DNA of 30,734 nucleotides, from assembly GCA_046538155.1 (NCBI GenBank), contig JBKHJL010000010.1, forward strand, positions 1 through 30,734, read 5' to 3'. The position numbers and the translations under genes are program-made. The DNA comes from Candidatus Micrarchaeia archaeon (GTDB taxonomy: Archaea; Micrarchaeota; Micrarchaeia; Anstonellales; Bilamarchaeaceae). Below, one piece after another: positions 8,195 to 17,006 of the stretch (position 1 is its first letter; each line of letters opens with the position of its first letter). The notes beneath the pieces were generated by a model. That model saw only the letters and a list, made by a program, of their open reading frames with translations. It was not told the DNA's origin and did not search any database.

Positions 8195-8869
8195 ATGTTC
8201 AAGGCTGTGCTTTTCGATCTGGACAATACGCTGCTGGATTTCTGGAGCTTTAAGCAGAAAGCCGCGAAATCTGCGGCCAGGGCGATGATTAGGAAGGGGC
8301 TCCCGGAGAGGGAAGGAAAACTTTACAGGAGAATTTTTGAGGTGTATGATGAGTACGGGGTGGAATACCAGAAGACATTCTACCAGGTGATACACCCGTA
8401 CGGGCTGGAAGTGGGGCAGGCGGAGAGGATACAGCAGGCGGCAATAGTTGCTTACTTAAGGTCCAAGTTCAGGGCGCTGAAGCCCTATCCTGGGGTAACA
8501 TCCACCCTGCGGAAGCTTAAGAAGAAAACACAGACAGGAATAGTTACGGATGCCCCAAGGAACAAGGCGTGGATGAGGCTGGTGCTTTCCAGGCTGGACA
8601 ACCTGTTTGAAACTGTGGTTACCACGGATGATACCCGGAAAAAGAAGCCCCACCGGGCACCTTTTGAGAGTGCCCTGCGGAAGCTGAAGGTGGGTGCGGG
8701 AGAAGTGCTGTTTGTGGGGGACAACAATGACCGGGACATGCTGGGGGCGAAGAATTTGGGCATGAAGGTTTGCCTGGCCAAGTATGGAGAGAAATTCAAA
8801 AGAAATAAGAAAGTAAAGCTGGATTATGAGATTAAGGATTTCAGGGAACTTTTGGAAATAATGGAATAA
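8195..8869 (+). CDS. HAD-superfamily hydrolase (subfamily IA)
   Basis: VLFDLDNTL, IVTD, KKPH, FVGDNNDRDMLGAK. Confidence 0.95.
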   Translation: MFKAVLFDLDNTLLDFWSFKQKAAKSAARAMIRKGLPEREGKLYRRIFEVYDEYGVEYQKTFYQVIHPYGLEVGQAERIQQAAIVAYLRSKFRALKPYPGVTSTLRKLKKKTQTGIVTDAPRNKAWMRLVLSRLDNLFETVVTTDDTRKKKPHRAPFESALRKLKVGAGEVLFVGDNNDRDMLGAKNLGMKVCLAKYGEKFKRNKKVKLDYEIKDFRELLEIME

Positions 8870-8955
8870 CAAAAGGCAGAAACTATATTTTTTCCGGAAA
8901 CGGGAGCATTAAATAAGGTTGCAATACCTAAAAGATGCACGGAGGAATGAATTTT

Positions 8956-10098
8956 ATGGAAAAAAAGCATCTTACAATGGGCGTAATAGGAACGTCCAAC
9001 AAGGAAAATGAGAAAAGGGTTCCGATTGCACCGGCAGACATGCCGAAAATACCAAAGCCGCTCAGGGAAAGGATATTCGTGGAAAAGGGATACGGAAGGC
9101 GCTTTCAGGTCAAAGATGAAAAAATTAGTGAACTTTTTGCAGGGACAAAAAGCAGGGATGAGCTTTTCAGGGACTGTGACATAATCCTTCTCCCCAAGCC
9201 CACAAAAGAGGATTTCTCCTCATTCAGGGAGGGGCAGGTGCTCTGGGGATGGCCTCACTGTGTCCAGGGAGAGGAAATCACCCAGCTGGGAATTGACAGA
9301 AAACTCACATATATTGCATGGGAAGGGATGTTCGCATGGAAAAACGGGGTGAGGGGGCTCCATACATTCCATGCAAACAATGAGATGGCAGGTTATGCAA
9401 GCGTTGTGCATGCGCTGCAGCTCGCAGGAATTACCGGGGATTACGGAAAGCAGAGAAAGGCGGCGATAATCAGCTTTGGCTCTGTGGGGAGAGGCGCAGT
9501 GCATGCACTGCAGGGCCTCGGGTTCAAGGACATCGCAGTCTATACAAAACGGCCAAAATGGCAGGTGCAGGCGCCAATACCCGGAACCTGCAAGAAGCAG
9601 TACAGGGACCTGGGAGGGGGAAACGTTGCAGCAGTAAGCGAAACCGGGGAGGAAACCCCCATGGAAAAGGAACTTGCAAAATATGATGTGATTGTAAATG
9701 CAATACTCCAGGACACTGACAATCCGCTCATGTTCATAAGGAACAAGGACCTTGGGGAATTCAGGCCAGGCACCCTTATTGTGGACGTAAGCTGCGATGA
9801 CGCGATGGGATTTGAGTTTGCAAAGCCGACCTCTTTTGAAAATCCTTCATTTGAGGTGGGGGACGGGATAATCTACTATGCGGTTGACCATTCCCCGACA
9901 TATTTCTGGAGGAGCGCATCAGAGGAAATAAGCACTGCCCTTGTGCCTTTTATTGAAACAGTAATTGGCGGGAAGGAAAAATGGATGGAAAACGAAACCA
10001 TCAAAAAGTCTATTGAAATCCTGGAAGGGGTTGTGCAGAACCCGAAAATACTAAGCTTCCAGAACCGCTCGGAAGAATACCCGCATCACAAACAATAG
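8956..10098 (+). CDS. N(5)-(carboxyethyl)ornithine synthase-like protein (AlaDH/PNT family)
   Basis: KENEKRVPI, EKGYG, WGWPHCVQ, NNEMAGY, SFGSVGRG, DVSCD, YAVDHSP; GGAGG at 8941 favours the ATG at 8956. Confidence 0.82.
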   Translation: MEKKHLTMGVIGTSNKENEKRVPIAPADMPKIPKPLRERIFVEKGYGRRFQVKDEKISELFAGTKSRDELFRDCDIILLPKPTKEDFSSFREGQVLWGWPHCVQGEEITQLGIDRKLTYIAWEGMFAWKNGVRGLHTFHANNEMAGYASVVHALQLAGITGDYGKQRKAAIISFGSVGRGAVHALQGLGFKDIAVYTKRPKWQVQAPIPGTCKKQYRDLGGGNVAAVSETGEETPMEKELAKYDVIVNAILQDTDNPLMFIRNKDLGEFRPGTLIVDVSCDDAMGFEFAKPTSFENPSFEVGDGIIYYAVDHSPTYFWRSASEEISTALVPFIETVIGGKEKWMENETIKKSIEILEGVVQNPKILSFQNRSEEYPHHKQ

Positions 10099-10224
10099 AG
10101 CGGGTTGATTTTGGAGAGCTCCGGAATTTAATATTTTTGGGGCAGTTTTTCAGATTGCAAAAATACCTGCTGTAGAACGGGTATAGAATTAAATAGGCTG
10201 GAAACACATTTTGAAGTGATAACA

Positions 10225-10488
10225 ATGAAAGAAAACAGAAAACTGATGCTTTCGGCAAAACTCCTGCTTGCTACTGTAATACTGGCAATCCTGGGGATTT
10301 TAGTATATATGCTGGTTCCTGCCATTCTTTCTACAATGCTGGGACAGGATGTTAGCAGCATGACTGCTGGTAGTTCTTCGGGAAGCGGACCAAGATGCTC
10401 TGCGCAGGAAGGAAATGGGGAAGGCTCAGGTGTGGGCTCCTCACTAATCTCCGCCTGCCCGCTTCCACAGGGAAGGCACCCGATATAA
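10225..10488 (+). CDS. Small membrane-anchored hypothetical protein (3' half doubtful)
   Basis: AT-rich TATA-like element near 10188; basic N-terminus followed by a long TM helix; the second half overlaps a coding-like antisense frame. Confidence 0.5.
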   Translation: MKENRKLMLSAKLLLATVILAILGILVYMLVPAILSTMLGQDVSSMTAGSSSGSGPRCSAQEGNGEGSGVGSSLISACPLPQGRHPI

Positions 10489-10625
10489 GGATTGTCTGAA
10501 TCGCAGCCGCAGGGGCAGGTTTTTATGGGTGTGATATCCTGCACCTGGCACCGGCCATCCCCCACATATACTGCATCATAGAGCTTTCCGTTTATGCAGG
10601 GGTCGGGGCAGGGACCGGTTGACAA

Positions 10626-11525
10626 CTAAGCAGTGGAAGGCTCAAAAACTCCGCATACTCTCAGGCCCGGGCTCCCGGGATCTGTAACCAGTATTCTTTC
10701 AGAATTGCGAAAAGCAAGGGGCTTTTCAAGGATGAGCCCGGAATCCGAAATGCTCCCTTCCACAAACTGGAAATTATAATAAGCATGGATTTTCCTTGGG
10801 ATTTCCTGCTTGTAGAAAGGCGACTTTGTGAACTTTCCGGGTATGTTTTCGCTTAAGCTTAACGGAGTGGAAGGAGGAACCAGGATTCCCCTTTCAATGG
10901 GGCCCCCCTTATAACAGATGCCAAACCTGCCTCCGGCAGGAGCCTCCTCAACCTCCTTGTCATTAAGCTGTATGGACTTTACCTCTATTTCTGATTTTGA
11001 GGGAAAATGGATTAGCTTATCGCGCTTTTTTATAGAGCCGGACTTCACAGTTCCCAGAATAACGTTGCCCACGCTTTTTACCTGGAAGGCGCTGTCCACA
11101 AGCGAAAATGGCTCCCCTGAATGCTCCGGGGGCTGCAGGGAATATGCCTTCTCCTTTACCTCCTGCAGGGAAGAAAGGGCAGAGTAATTCTCAAGAACCG
11201 TGCCCTTTATGGGCAATTCAATATCCGAAAGGATGAATCCTTCCTCCTTCTTAAGTAAATCCAGTGCGACGATTATTTCACCTAGGTGGGGAGTTAGCTG
11301 CCCGGCCTGCAGCACAACATAGTCTGCAATTGAGAGGGAGTAAAGCAGAGGCTGGAGCTTTTCGGGATAAAGGGTGGGCTCAAGGAGGGTGCGGATTACC
11401 CCCTGGAAATTTGAGGAATAAAATGCTATGTCCCCGCTTCCGGTTTCCTTACCAAGAAATTTGCAGAGCTGATTTCTTTCTTCAGGATTGTCAGATAGTG
11501 CTGCTATGAACATTGTTACCGGCAT
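10626..11525 (-). CDS. Archaeal SelB/EF-Tu-like protein with a degenerate GTPase domain
   Basis: EF-Tu domain II VDSAFQVKSVGNVILGTVKSG..EVKSIQLND..GGRFG; no GxxxxGK P-loop. Confidence 0.85.
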   Translation of the reverse strand: MPVTMFIAALSDNPEERNQLCKFLGKETGSGDIAFYSSNFQGVIRTLLEPTLYPEKLQPLLYSLSIADYVVLQAGQLTPHLGEIIVALDLLKKEEGFILSDIELPIKGTVLENYSALSSLQEVKEKAYSLQPPEHSGEPFSLVDSAFQVKSVGNVILGTVKSGSIKKRDKLIHFPSKSEIEVKSIQLNDKEVEEAPAGGRFGICYKGGPIERGILVPPSTPLSLSENIPGKFTKSPFYKQEIPRKIHAYYNFQFVEGSISDSGLILEKPLAFRNSERILVTDPGSPGLRVCGVFEPSTA

Positions 11526-11664
11526 GAATTTGCGCTATAAGAAATTAAAAATGGGTAGGGAAAAAATGTGCTATTCCCCGCAGCTGAGCGGGGCCCAGAC
11601 AACCAGGAAGATACATGCCCATAGATTGTGTCCATTTTCCTCAAATCCCTTTGAAACCAAACGC

Positions 11665-11898
11665 TTAATACTCATCCTCTTTTGGAATATATCCTGACTT
11701 GTATTCTTCCACAACTGTGGGCTCTTCCTCAGACTCCACTGTAAATGTAACCTTGCGTCTCATCCCCACTTCAGGAACAAACTGGGAAAGAAAATCCATG
11801 AACTTGGAATTGTCGCTTTCGCAGCCAATATGGTTGTATTTCCTGTTCCCAAGCACCTCTATCCTGTTAAACAAATGCCCTTCAAACGTTTTTTTCAT
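11665..11898 (-). CDS. Hypothetical protein
   Basis: AGGTGA RBS ahead of the ATG at 11898; protein-like composition. Confidence 0.7.
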   Translation of the reverse strand: MKKTFEGHLFNRIEVLGNRKYNHIGCESDNSKFMDFLSQFVPEVGMRRKVTFTVESEEEPTVVEEYKSGYIPKEDEY

Positions 11899-11978
11899 CT
11901 GTTTCACCTTTGCAGGAATCAATAATCCTGCTCACGAGGATCTACCTTTAAATTGGAAAATTGAATAAATAAAAGGGA

Positions 11979-12263
11979 TTATTTCTCAAGTTCTTTCAGG
12001 CGCTGCTCAATATCCTTCTTCTCTGCACCAAGGTTTTTGAGCTCGGACTTGAGATAGGAAATTTCCTCTTCTTTTGAGGGGGCTGGAGGTGCCTGTGGTG
12101 CAGAGCCATAATAAGGTCCTCCGTAGCCGCGGCCATATCCATAGCCCCTCCCATATCCACGGCCGTAGCCGCGTCCGTATCCGGCACCCCTTCCGCAGGG
12201 GCCCATTCCCCTTCCTGTAAGGGGTCCAAGCCCGTTTGGTCCGGTTCCGTCTCTTGCTGCCAT
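11979..12263 (-). CDS. DUF5320-family Gly/Arg-rich protein
   Basis: DGTGPNGLGPLTGRGMGPCG, GYGR repeats, C-terminal coiled coil; GAGGTGA RBS. Confidence 0.9.
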   Translation of the reverse strand: MAARDGTGPNGLGPLTGRGMGPCGRGAGYGRGYGRGYGRGYGYGRGYGGPYYGSAPQAPPAPSKEEEISYLKSELKNLGAEKKDIEQRLKELEK

Positions 12264-12416
12264 AATATATCACCTCTTTGTTGAATGTTGATGAATATAT
12301 ATTCATTAAAGAATATAAAGGTTGTGGAAATTATACAAAAAAGGGGAAAAGTTAATAATCAATGAATGATGTAACCTTAAATTACCTTCTACTATAAAAT
12401 AATATAGGTAAGAAAA

Positions 12417-14330
12417 ATGATATTAAAGGGAAAACAGCGCAAAATAAAGAAAATAACGCCTCAGAAAGGACGCGGGCCGAAACCCATTAGGAGGGTGATT
12501 GGAACTGCACTGCTGGGGGCTGCGCTGATGGTTTCCCCGCTCATTTCCCAAAAGGCACGGGCAGGGGAGGGCACCGGGGAGGAAGAAAAGCCTGTGGCTG
12601 CAGAAACAGAAAAGGAAGGGGGGGAAGAAATAGGAGATAGGAAGAAAAAGGATGAGAAGAAGGTTGTTAGCCACAACATAGACTTCACCCCGGATTTCTG
12701 GACAATGAGCAAATACATGGATCCCGGCCTTTCGCCTTTTGAAGACTCTGTGGGAGTGGGGGGAGAGCCAAGAGATATGAACCTGAACAACCCTTTTGAT
12801 TTGGGGCTGAATTTCAGGGCAAACGAGGCAGGGGAAGCTGCATTTGGAGCGTTCCGGTACCGCAACCTTGCAAGGATGGATTTTGGTGTGCTTTCATTCA
12901 GGGGTCCGCTCGCGCCATTCGGGAGAATAATGCTCAGACCTGAACTCAATGTGTGGAGAGTAAAGGGAATATATTATGGGAGCGCAGCATTCATGCACAA
13001 CATGCCTTCCTGGCTATATACCTCGCATTCGCTTGGTCTGGGGTACTCGCAGCCCATAGGAAAAGACTTCAGGCTCAGGGTTGGGGGGATATTCGGGGGC
13101 GCATTATCCTACCCGATATGGGATGACACATATGTTAATTTTTCAGTGGGTGTGTCCTCAGAATTTGCAGAAACCCTTCTGCTCTATGCAGTTCCAACAT
13201 TTTATTTTGCGGCCAACAACCCAATGAAAACAGCGTACGTGGGATACTACGAGCCAAAGATTCAGGACCTGGAAATCGGGGCGCAGGTAAAGGTTGATGA
13301 ATATACAATACGGGGATTTGCAAATCTGGGAATGATAGGGGACAACTACGGAATATACAACAAATACGGATTCAGGGGAACCCGCACAGTGAGCATGAAG
13401 GGGGAAGCAGTGGATTCGGAAATAGACATCTGGGTTTCAATCGGAATGACCCACTGGTCTCCACAGCTTGGTGGGAGGGTGGACCCCGCAGTGATGGTGG
13501 GGATGAATGTAATCCTCGGAACAGACACCTTCAACTCAACAAACACCGCAGAATATTCGCATGAGCAGGACGGGAGCATAGAATTTGCAGAAACGGATTT
13601 CCCGGACAACGAGCATCCGGGGCCATATGGATTTGGAAATTCAGGAGACCCGCATTATGATATTCCCATAAGGGAAACAAAGCAGAGAATACTGGATTCG
13701 GAAAGCTTTGACGAATTCAAAAACTCATACAACGGGCTCTCCCCGGAAGAAGTGGTAGTGAGGGCAAGATTCCTTGGGGCATTCCTCCAGCAGGTTGCCT
13801 ATGCAAACGATGCCTATGATGCAATGACAAGCGGAAATATTTTTGACAGTGAAGTGAAAAGGATTGCAAATGCAGACAATGAAGATATATTCCAGTACAT
13901 AAAGGGCTACATGGACTGGTACCAGTCCAACCCGGGAAGCCAGCCACTTCCGAAAAACCTGAAAAAAGGGATTGCGGTTTGTGCAGGGATACACTGGCTG
14001 ATGGCCGATTTCATGCGGGCAAACGGGCTGGATACAATAGTAATGAATGTGAATACAGAGCAGGGAATGCATGTAATAACAGGTGTGCAGCTGAAGGACA
14101 AAACACTGCTGCTGGATTACGGAAAATTGTATGAGACGCCGGGCCATACACTGGACCAGGTGCTCAGATTCTATGGATGGAACAGAGGTGTCCCTACCTT
14201 CCAGTCACAGTTTTTTGGGCCGGATGGATATATGGGCACATACGTAACCAGCGAGGGAAGGTTGCTCCACAGGACAATTGGCCTGGATAACCCTGACCTT
14301 CTGAAAAAAGACTTTCTGGGAGTAAGATAA
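12417..14330 (+). CDS. Secreted protein with a beta-strand-rich domain and a C-terminal transglutaminase-like domain
   Basis: Signal-like VIGTALLGAALMVSPLISQKARA; amphipathic strands; AVCAGIH / GMHV / LLLDYG putative Cys-His-Asp triad. Confidence 0.65.
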   Translation: MILKGKQRKIKKITPQKGRGPKPIRRVIGTALLGAALMVSPLISQKARAGEGTGEEEKPVAAETEKEGGEEIGDRKKKDEKKVVSHNIDFTPDFWTMSKYMDPGLSPFEDSVGVGGEPRDMNLNNPFDLGLNFRANEAGEAAFGAFRYRNLARMDFGVLSFRGPLAPFGRIMLRPELNVWRVKGIYYGSAAFMHNMPSWLYTSHSLGLGYSQPIGKDFRLRVGGIFGGALSYPIWDDTYVNFSVGVSSEFAETLLLYAVPTFYFAANNPMKTAYVGYYEPKIQDLEIGAQVKVDEYTIRGFANLGMIGDNYGIYNKYGFRGTRTVSMKGEAVDSEIDIWVSIGMTHWSPQLGGRVDPAVMVGMNVILGTDTFNSTNTAEYSHEQDGSIEFAETDFPDNEHPGPYGFGNSGDPHYDIPIRETKQRILDSESFDEFKNSYNGLSPEEVVVRARFLGAFLQQVAYANDAYDAMTSGNIFDSEVKRIANADNEDIFQYIKGYMDWYQSNPGSQPLPKNLKKGIAVCAGIHWLMADFMRANGLDTIVMNVNTEQGMHVITGVQLKDKTLLLDYGKLYETPGHTLDQVLRFYGWNRGVPTFQSQFFGPDGYMGTYVTSEGRLLHRTIGLDNPDLLKKDFLGVR

Positions 14331-14375
14331 AGAAAAAGGGTAAGAAAAATAAAAAACCAGTTAATGTGAAACTAT

Positions 14376-14567
14376 TCAGAGTTTTTCAACGTTTTCTGCT
14401 TTAGGTCCCCTGTCGCCCTCTGCGACATCAAACTTTACTTTGTCTCCTTCATTGATACTGGTACCTTCTTTGAGCCCGCTTGCGTGCACAAAGTACTCTT
14501 TTCCATCTTCTCCGGCAATAAAGCCGAACCTCTTCATTTCATTGAAGAACTTTACTGTTCCTTCCAT
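14376..14567 (-). CDS. Cold-shock domain protein
   Basis: GTVKFFN, RNP1 RFGFI, RNP2 YFVH, GPKAENV; GGTGA RBS. Confidence 0.97.
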   Translation of the reverse strand: MEGTVKFFNEMKRFGFIAGEDGKEYFVHASGLKEGTSINEGDKVKFDVAEGDRGPKAENVEKL

Positions 14568-14636
14568 TTTTTCACCAAATTGTGAACAGATATTGCATAG
14601 AATAAGTTATAAGGCTTCCTTTTTTGCAGAATCAGC

Positions 14637-15392
14637 CTAACTCTCTATTCTCCTGAACAAGTATGCGGCCAGGGAGGTAGTCACTGCAAGGAAAACCAGG
14701 AGGATTCCCAGGTCAAGGACGAGTGAAAACCTGGCAGTCCCGAGAAGCACAATGCGCATCGCATCCACCCCATAAGTAAGTGGATCCACGTATGAGAGAT
14801 ACTGGAGTATCTCCGGGACTGAATCAAGGGGAAATATTGCCCCTGAAAAAAGAAACATCGGAAAAATGAGAAAATTGACTGTCAGCTGGAAGCCATGCAT
14901 ATCCTCCATTATAGAAGCAAGAGAGATTCCTACTGAAACAAACGCCATTGAAACAAGGAACATCACTGCGAACAGAAGGGGAAGGGCATGGAGGGGGATT
15001 GAAACACCCATCAGGGCCATCACCACAATCATGAGTATTCCCTGGATTACTGCTGTGCTTGCCCCTCCGAGGGCCTTACCAAGCACTATGCTTTCCCTAC
15101 GCACAGGGGCAACCAGGGTTTCCTTAAGGAAGCCGAATTGCTTGTCCATTATCACTATCGCACCTGAGAAAACCGAGCCGAACAGGAGCACCATCCCCAG
15201 GATTCCGGGGGCAACAAAATCAAGATAGCTTTCCCCTCCTTCAAGAGAAACAATTCCCCCAATTCCAAAACCAAGCATCACCAGAAAAAAGAAGGGCATC
15301 CCTATGCTGCCGATTATCCGGCTCTTTGAACGCAAAAAGCGTATGATTTCACGCTTCCAGAGAAAATAAACAGCAGTAAGCTCCTGATTCAT
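14637..15392 (-). CDS. ABC-2 transporter permease (DrrB-like)
   Basis: About six TM segments; YLDFVAPGI, DKQFGFLKETLVAPV, SGAIFP, PLTYGVD. Confidence 0.93.
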   Translation of the reverse strand: MNQELTAVYFLWKREIIRFLRSKSRIIGSIGMPFFFLVMLGFGIGGIVSLEGGESYLDFVAPGILGMVLLFGSVFSGAIVIMDKQFGFLKETLVAPVRRESIVLGKALGGASTAVIQGILMIVVMALMGVSIPLHALPLLFAVMFLVSMAFVSVGISLASIMEDMHGFQLTVNFLIFPMFLFSGAIFPLDSVPEILQYLSYVDPLTYGVDAMRIVLLGTARFSLVLDLGILLVFLAVTTSLAAYLFRRIES

Positions 15393-16381
15393 CTCATCCC
15401 CCTCCTTGCCCTTGCATGCATCCTGAAAGATTCTGCAGAAGATATGTGTTCTTCACGTATCGTTCGGCCTGTATAATGCAGGAAAACATCATCAAGTGTT
15501 GGCTTGTGCAGGGAAACTGAAGAAACCTCAACACCCGCATCCCGGGCTGCCTGCATTATCATGGGGATTTTTTTCTCCCCTTTCTCCAGGCGCAGGGTTA
15601 GTTTTCCATCGTGGGGTTTTGAATCAATAATGCATTTCTGGTTTTTCAGGGCGCTGCAAAGTTTCCTGGGGGAGCTGCAATAAAGAAGCAGGGTATCCCC
15701 ACCCAGTGAATCCTTCAGCCCTGAAGGCGTGTCCATTGCAATTATCTTTCCATGGTCAATTATCGCAATGCGGTCGCACAGGGCATCTGCTTCCTCCATG
15801 TAATGGGTGGTAAGGAAAATGGTTACATTATGCTCCCTGCGCAGCTTGTTTATGTATTCCCAGATGTGCTTTCGTGTCTGGGGATCCAGGCCAAGAGTGG
15901 GCTCATCCAGGAAAAGCACTTTGGGATAATGGATAAGGCCGCGGGCAATCTCCAGTCGCCTGCGCATGCCGCCTGAAAACGTTTTTACCTGGTCATCCAT
16001 TCGGGAATAGAGCTCAACCATCTCAAGCACCCCTTTTATGCGCCTTTCCCTTTCATCCCGGGGCACCCCATACATTGCAGCATGGAGGTCCAGGTTTTCA
16101 TAAGCAGTGAGCTCTTCGTCCAGGGCCTGGTCCTGGAAAACAATCCCTATGCTCTTGCGCACTCCCATCGGGTTTGAAGAAACATCAAAACTGTTTACGG
16201 AAGCACTGCCGGAAGTGGGGCGCTTCATGGTTACCAGCATGGAGATGAATGTGGTCTTGCCCGCGCCATTCGGGCCGAGAAGCCCGAAAATCTCCCCTTT
16301 TTTCACCTGGAGGGAAACAGAACTAACTGCGGTAAACGAATTGAACTTCTTGGTAAGATTGGAAGTAGAAATAATTGGCAC
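15389..16381 (-). CDS. ABC transporter ATP-binding protein (DrrA-like)
   Basis: GPNGAGKT, FSGGMRRR, FLDEPT, TTHYMEEA. Confidence 0.96.
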   Translation of the reverse strand: MPIISTSNLTKKFNSFTAVSSVSLQVKKGEIFGLLGPNGAGKTTFISMLVTMKRPTSGSASVNSFDVSSNPMGVRKSIGIVFQDQALDEELTAYENLDLHAAMYGVPRDERERRIKGVLEMVELYSRMDDQVKTFSGGMRRRLEIARGLIHYPKVLFLDEPTLGLDPQTRKHIWEYINKLRREHNVTIFLTTHYMEEADALCDRIAIIDHGKIIAMDTPSGLKDSLGGDTLLLYCSSPRKLCSALKNQKCIIDSKPHDGKLTLRLEKGEKKIPMIMQAARDAGVEVSSVSLHKPTLDDVFLHYTGRTIREEHISSAESFRMHARARRGMR

Positions 16382-16480
16382 AGAAGAGATAGGGGGTAAT
16401 GGAATTTAAAGCCTGCTGAATAAATGGGAAAAAAAGACAAAAAATATACAGATTTAAACTTTGCTGAACACAATTATAAC

Positions 16481-17006
16481 ATGAAAACATTTCCAAAAAA
16501 CATTGATGCGCTGAAGGAAACCATCCAAAACAGGGATTTTCTCGAAGTTGAAAAAAATTGCCCAGGACGAGAGCCTGCCTGATAAAATCCGCAAAGAGGC
16601 AGGAATGAAGCATATTGAAAACTCAATTGAATCAGGAAGATGGATGAATATTCTCTATATCCTGGGAAGCAGGAGATTCCCTGAAGAAGTGTGCAGGACT
16701 GCAGGAAATTCACTAATCAGAGAAGGCAAATACCTTGAAATTCTTGCAAAGGGGGAGAGATATCCGGAAAAAATAAGGATTGAATCCGGAGAGAGGATTA
16801 ATGCAGAGTGCAAGAAGGAAAAAAACATGAAGCTGCTTGAGCAAATTGCATACATGCGCGGCTATCCTGCAAAAATAAAGGGGATGGTGCTGGAAGCACT
16901 GGACAATATGAATGCAATAAAAATGAGGAAAAATGCCCTGAGGAAACTGGGCCCCGGCAATGTTGCACAGAAAAAGAGAAAACAGATGAAGATGGCAACT
17001 GCCTAA
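16481..17006 (+). pseudogene. Helical-repeat orphan protein with a +1 frameshift in an A7 run
   Basis: TATA near 16452 and ATG at 16481; the frame changes at A7 (16551-16557); repeats of [LFY]P-x-[KE]-[IV]-x3-[AS]G. Confidence 0.65.

Noticed and set aside
7898..8395. 165-aa minus-strand ORF
   Set aside because: Antisense to the HAD gene and the MNT/HEPN remnants; no recognisable motifs
11576..11593. CCCCGC/GCGGGG hairpin as terminator or SECIS-like element
   Set aside because: Only a 6-bp stem with no adjacent U-tract and no selenoprotein context
12120..12200. Short GC-rich tandem repeats
   Set aside because: Explained by the GYGR coding repeats of the DUF5320 protein
14376..14567. Cold-shock protein as a sign of a bacterial contig
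   Set aside because: Csp genes occur in several archaeal lineages, and this one has archaeal-style signals
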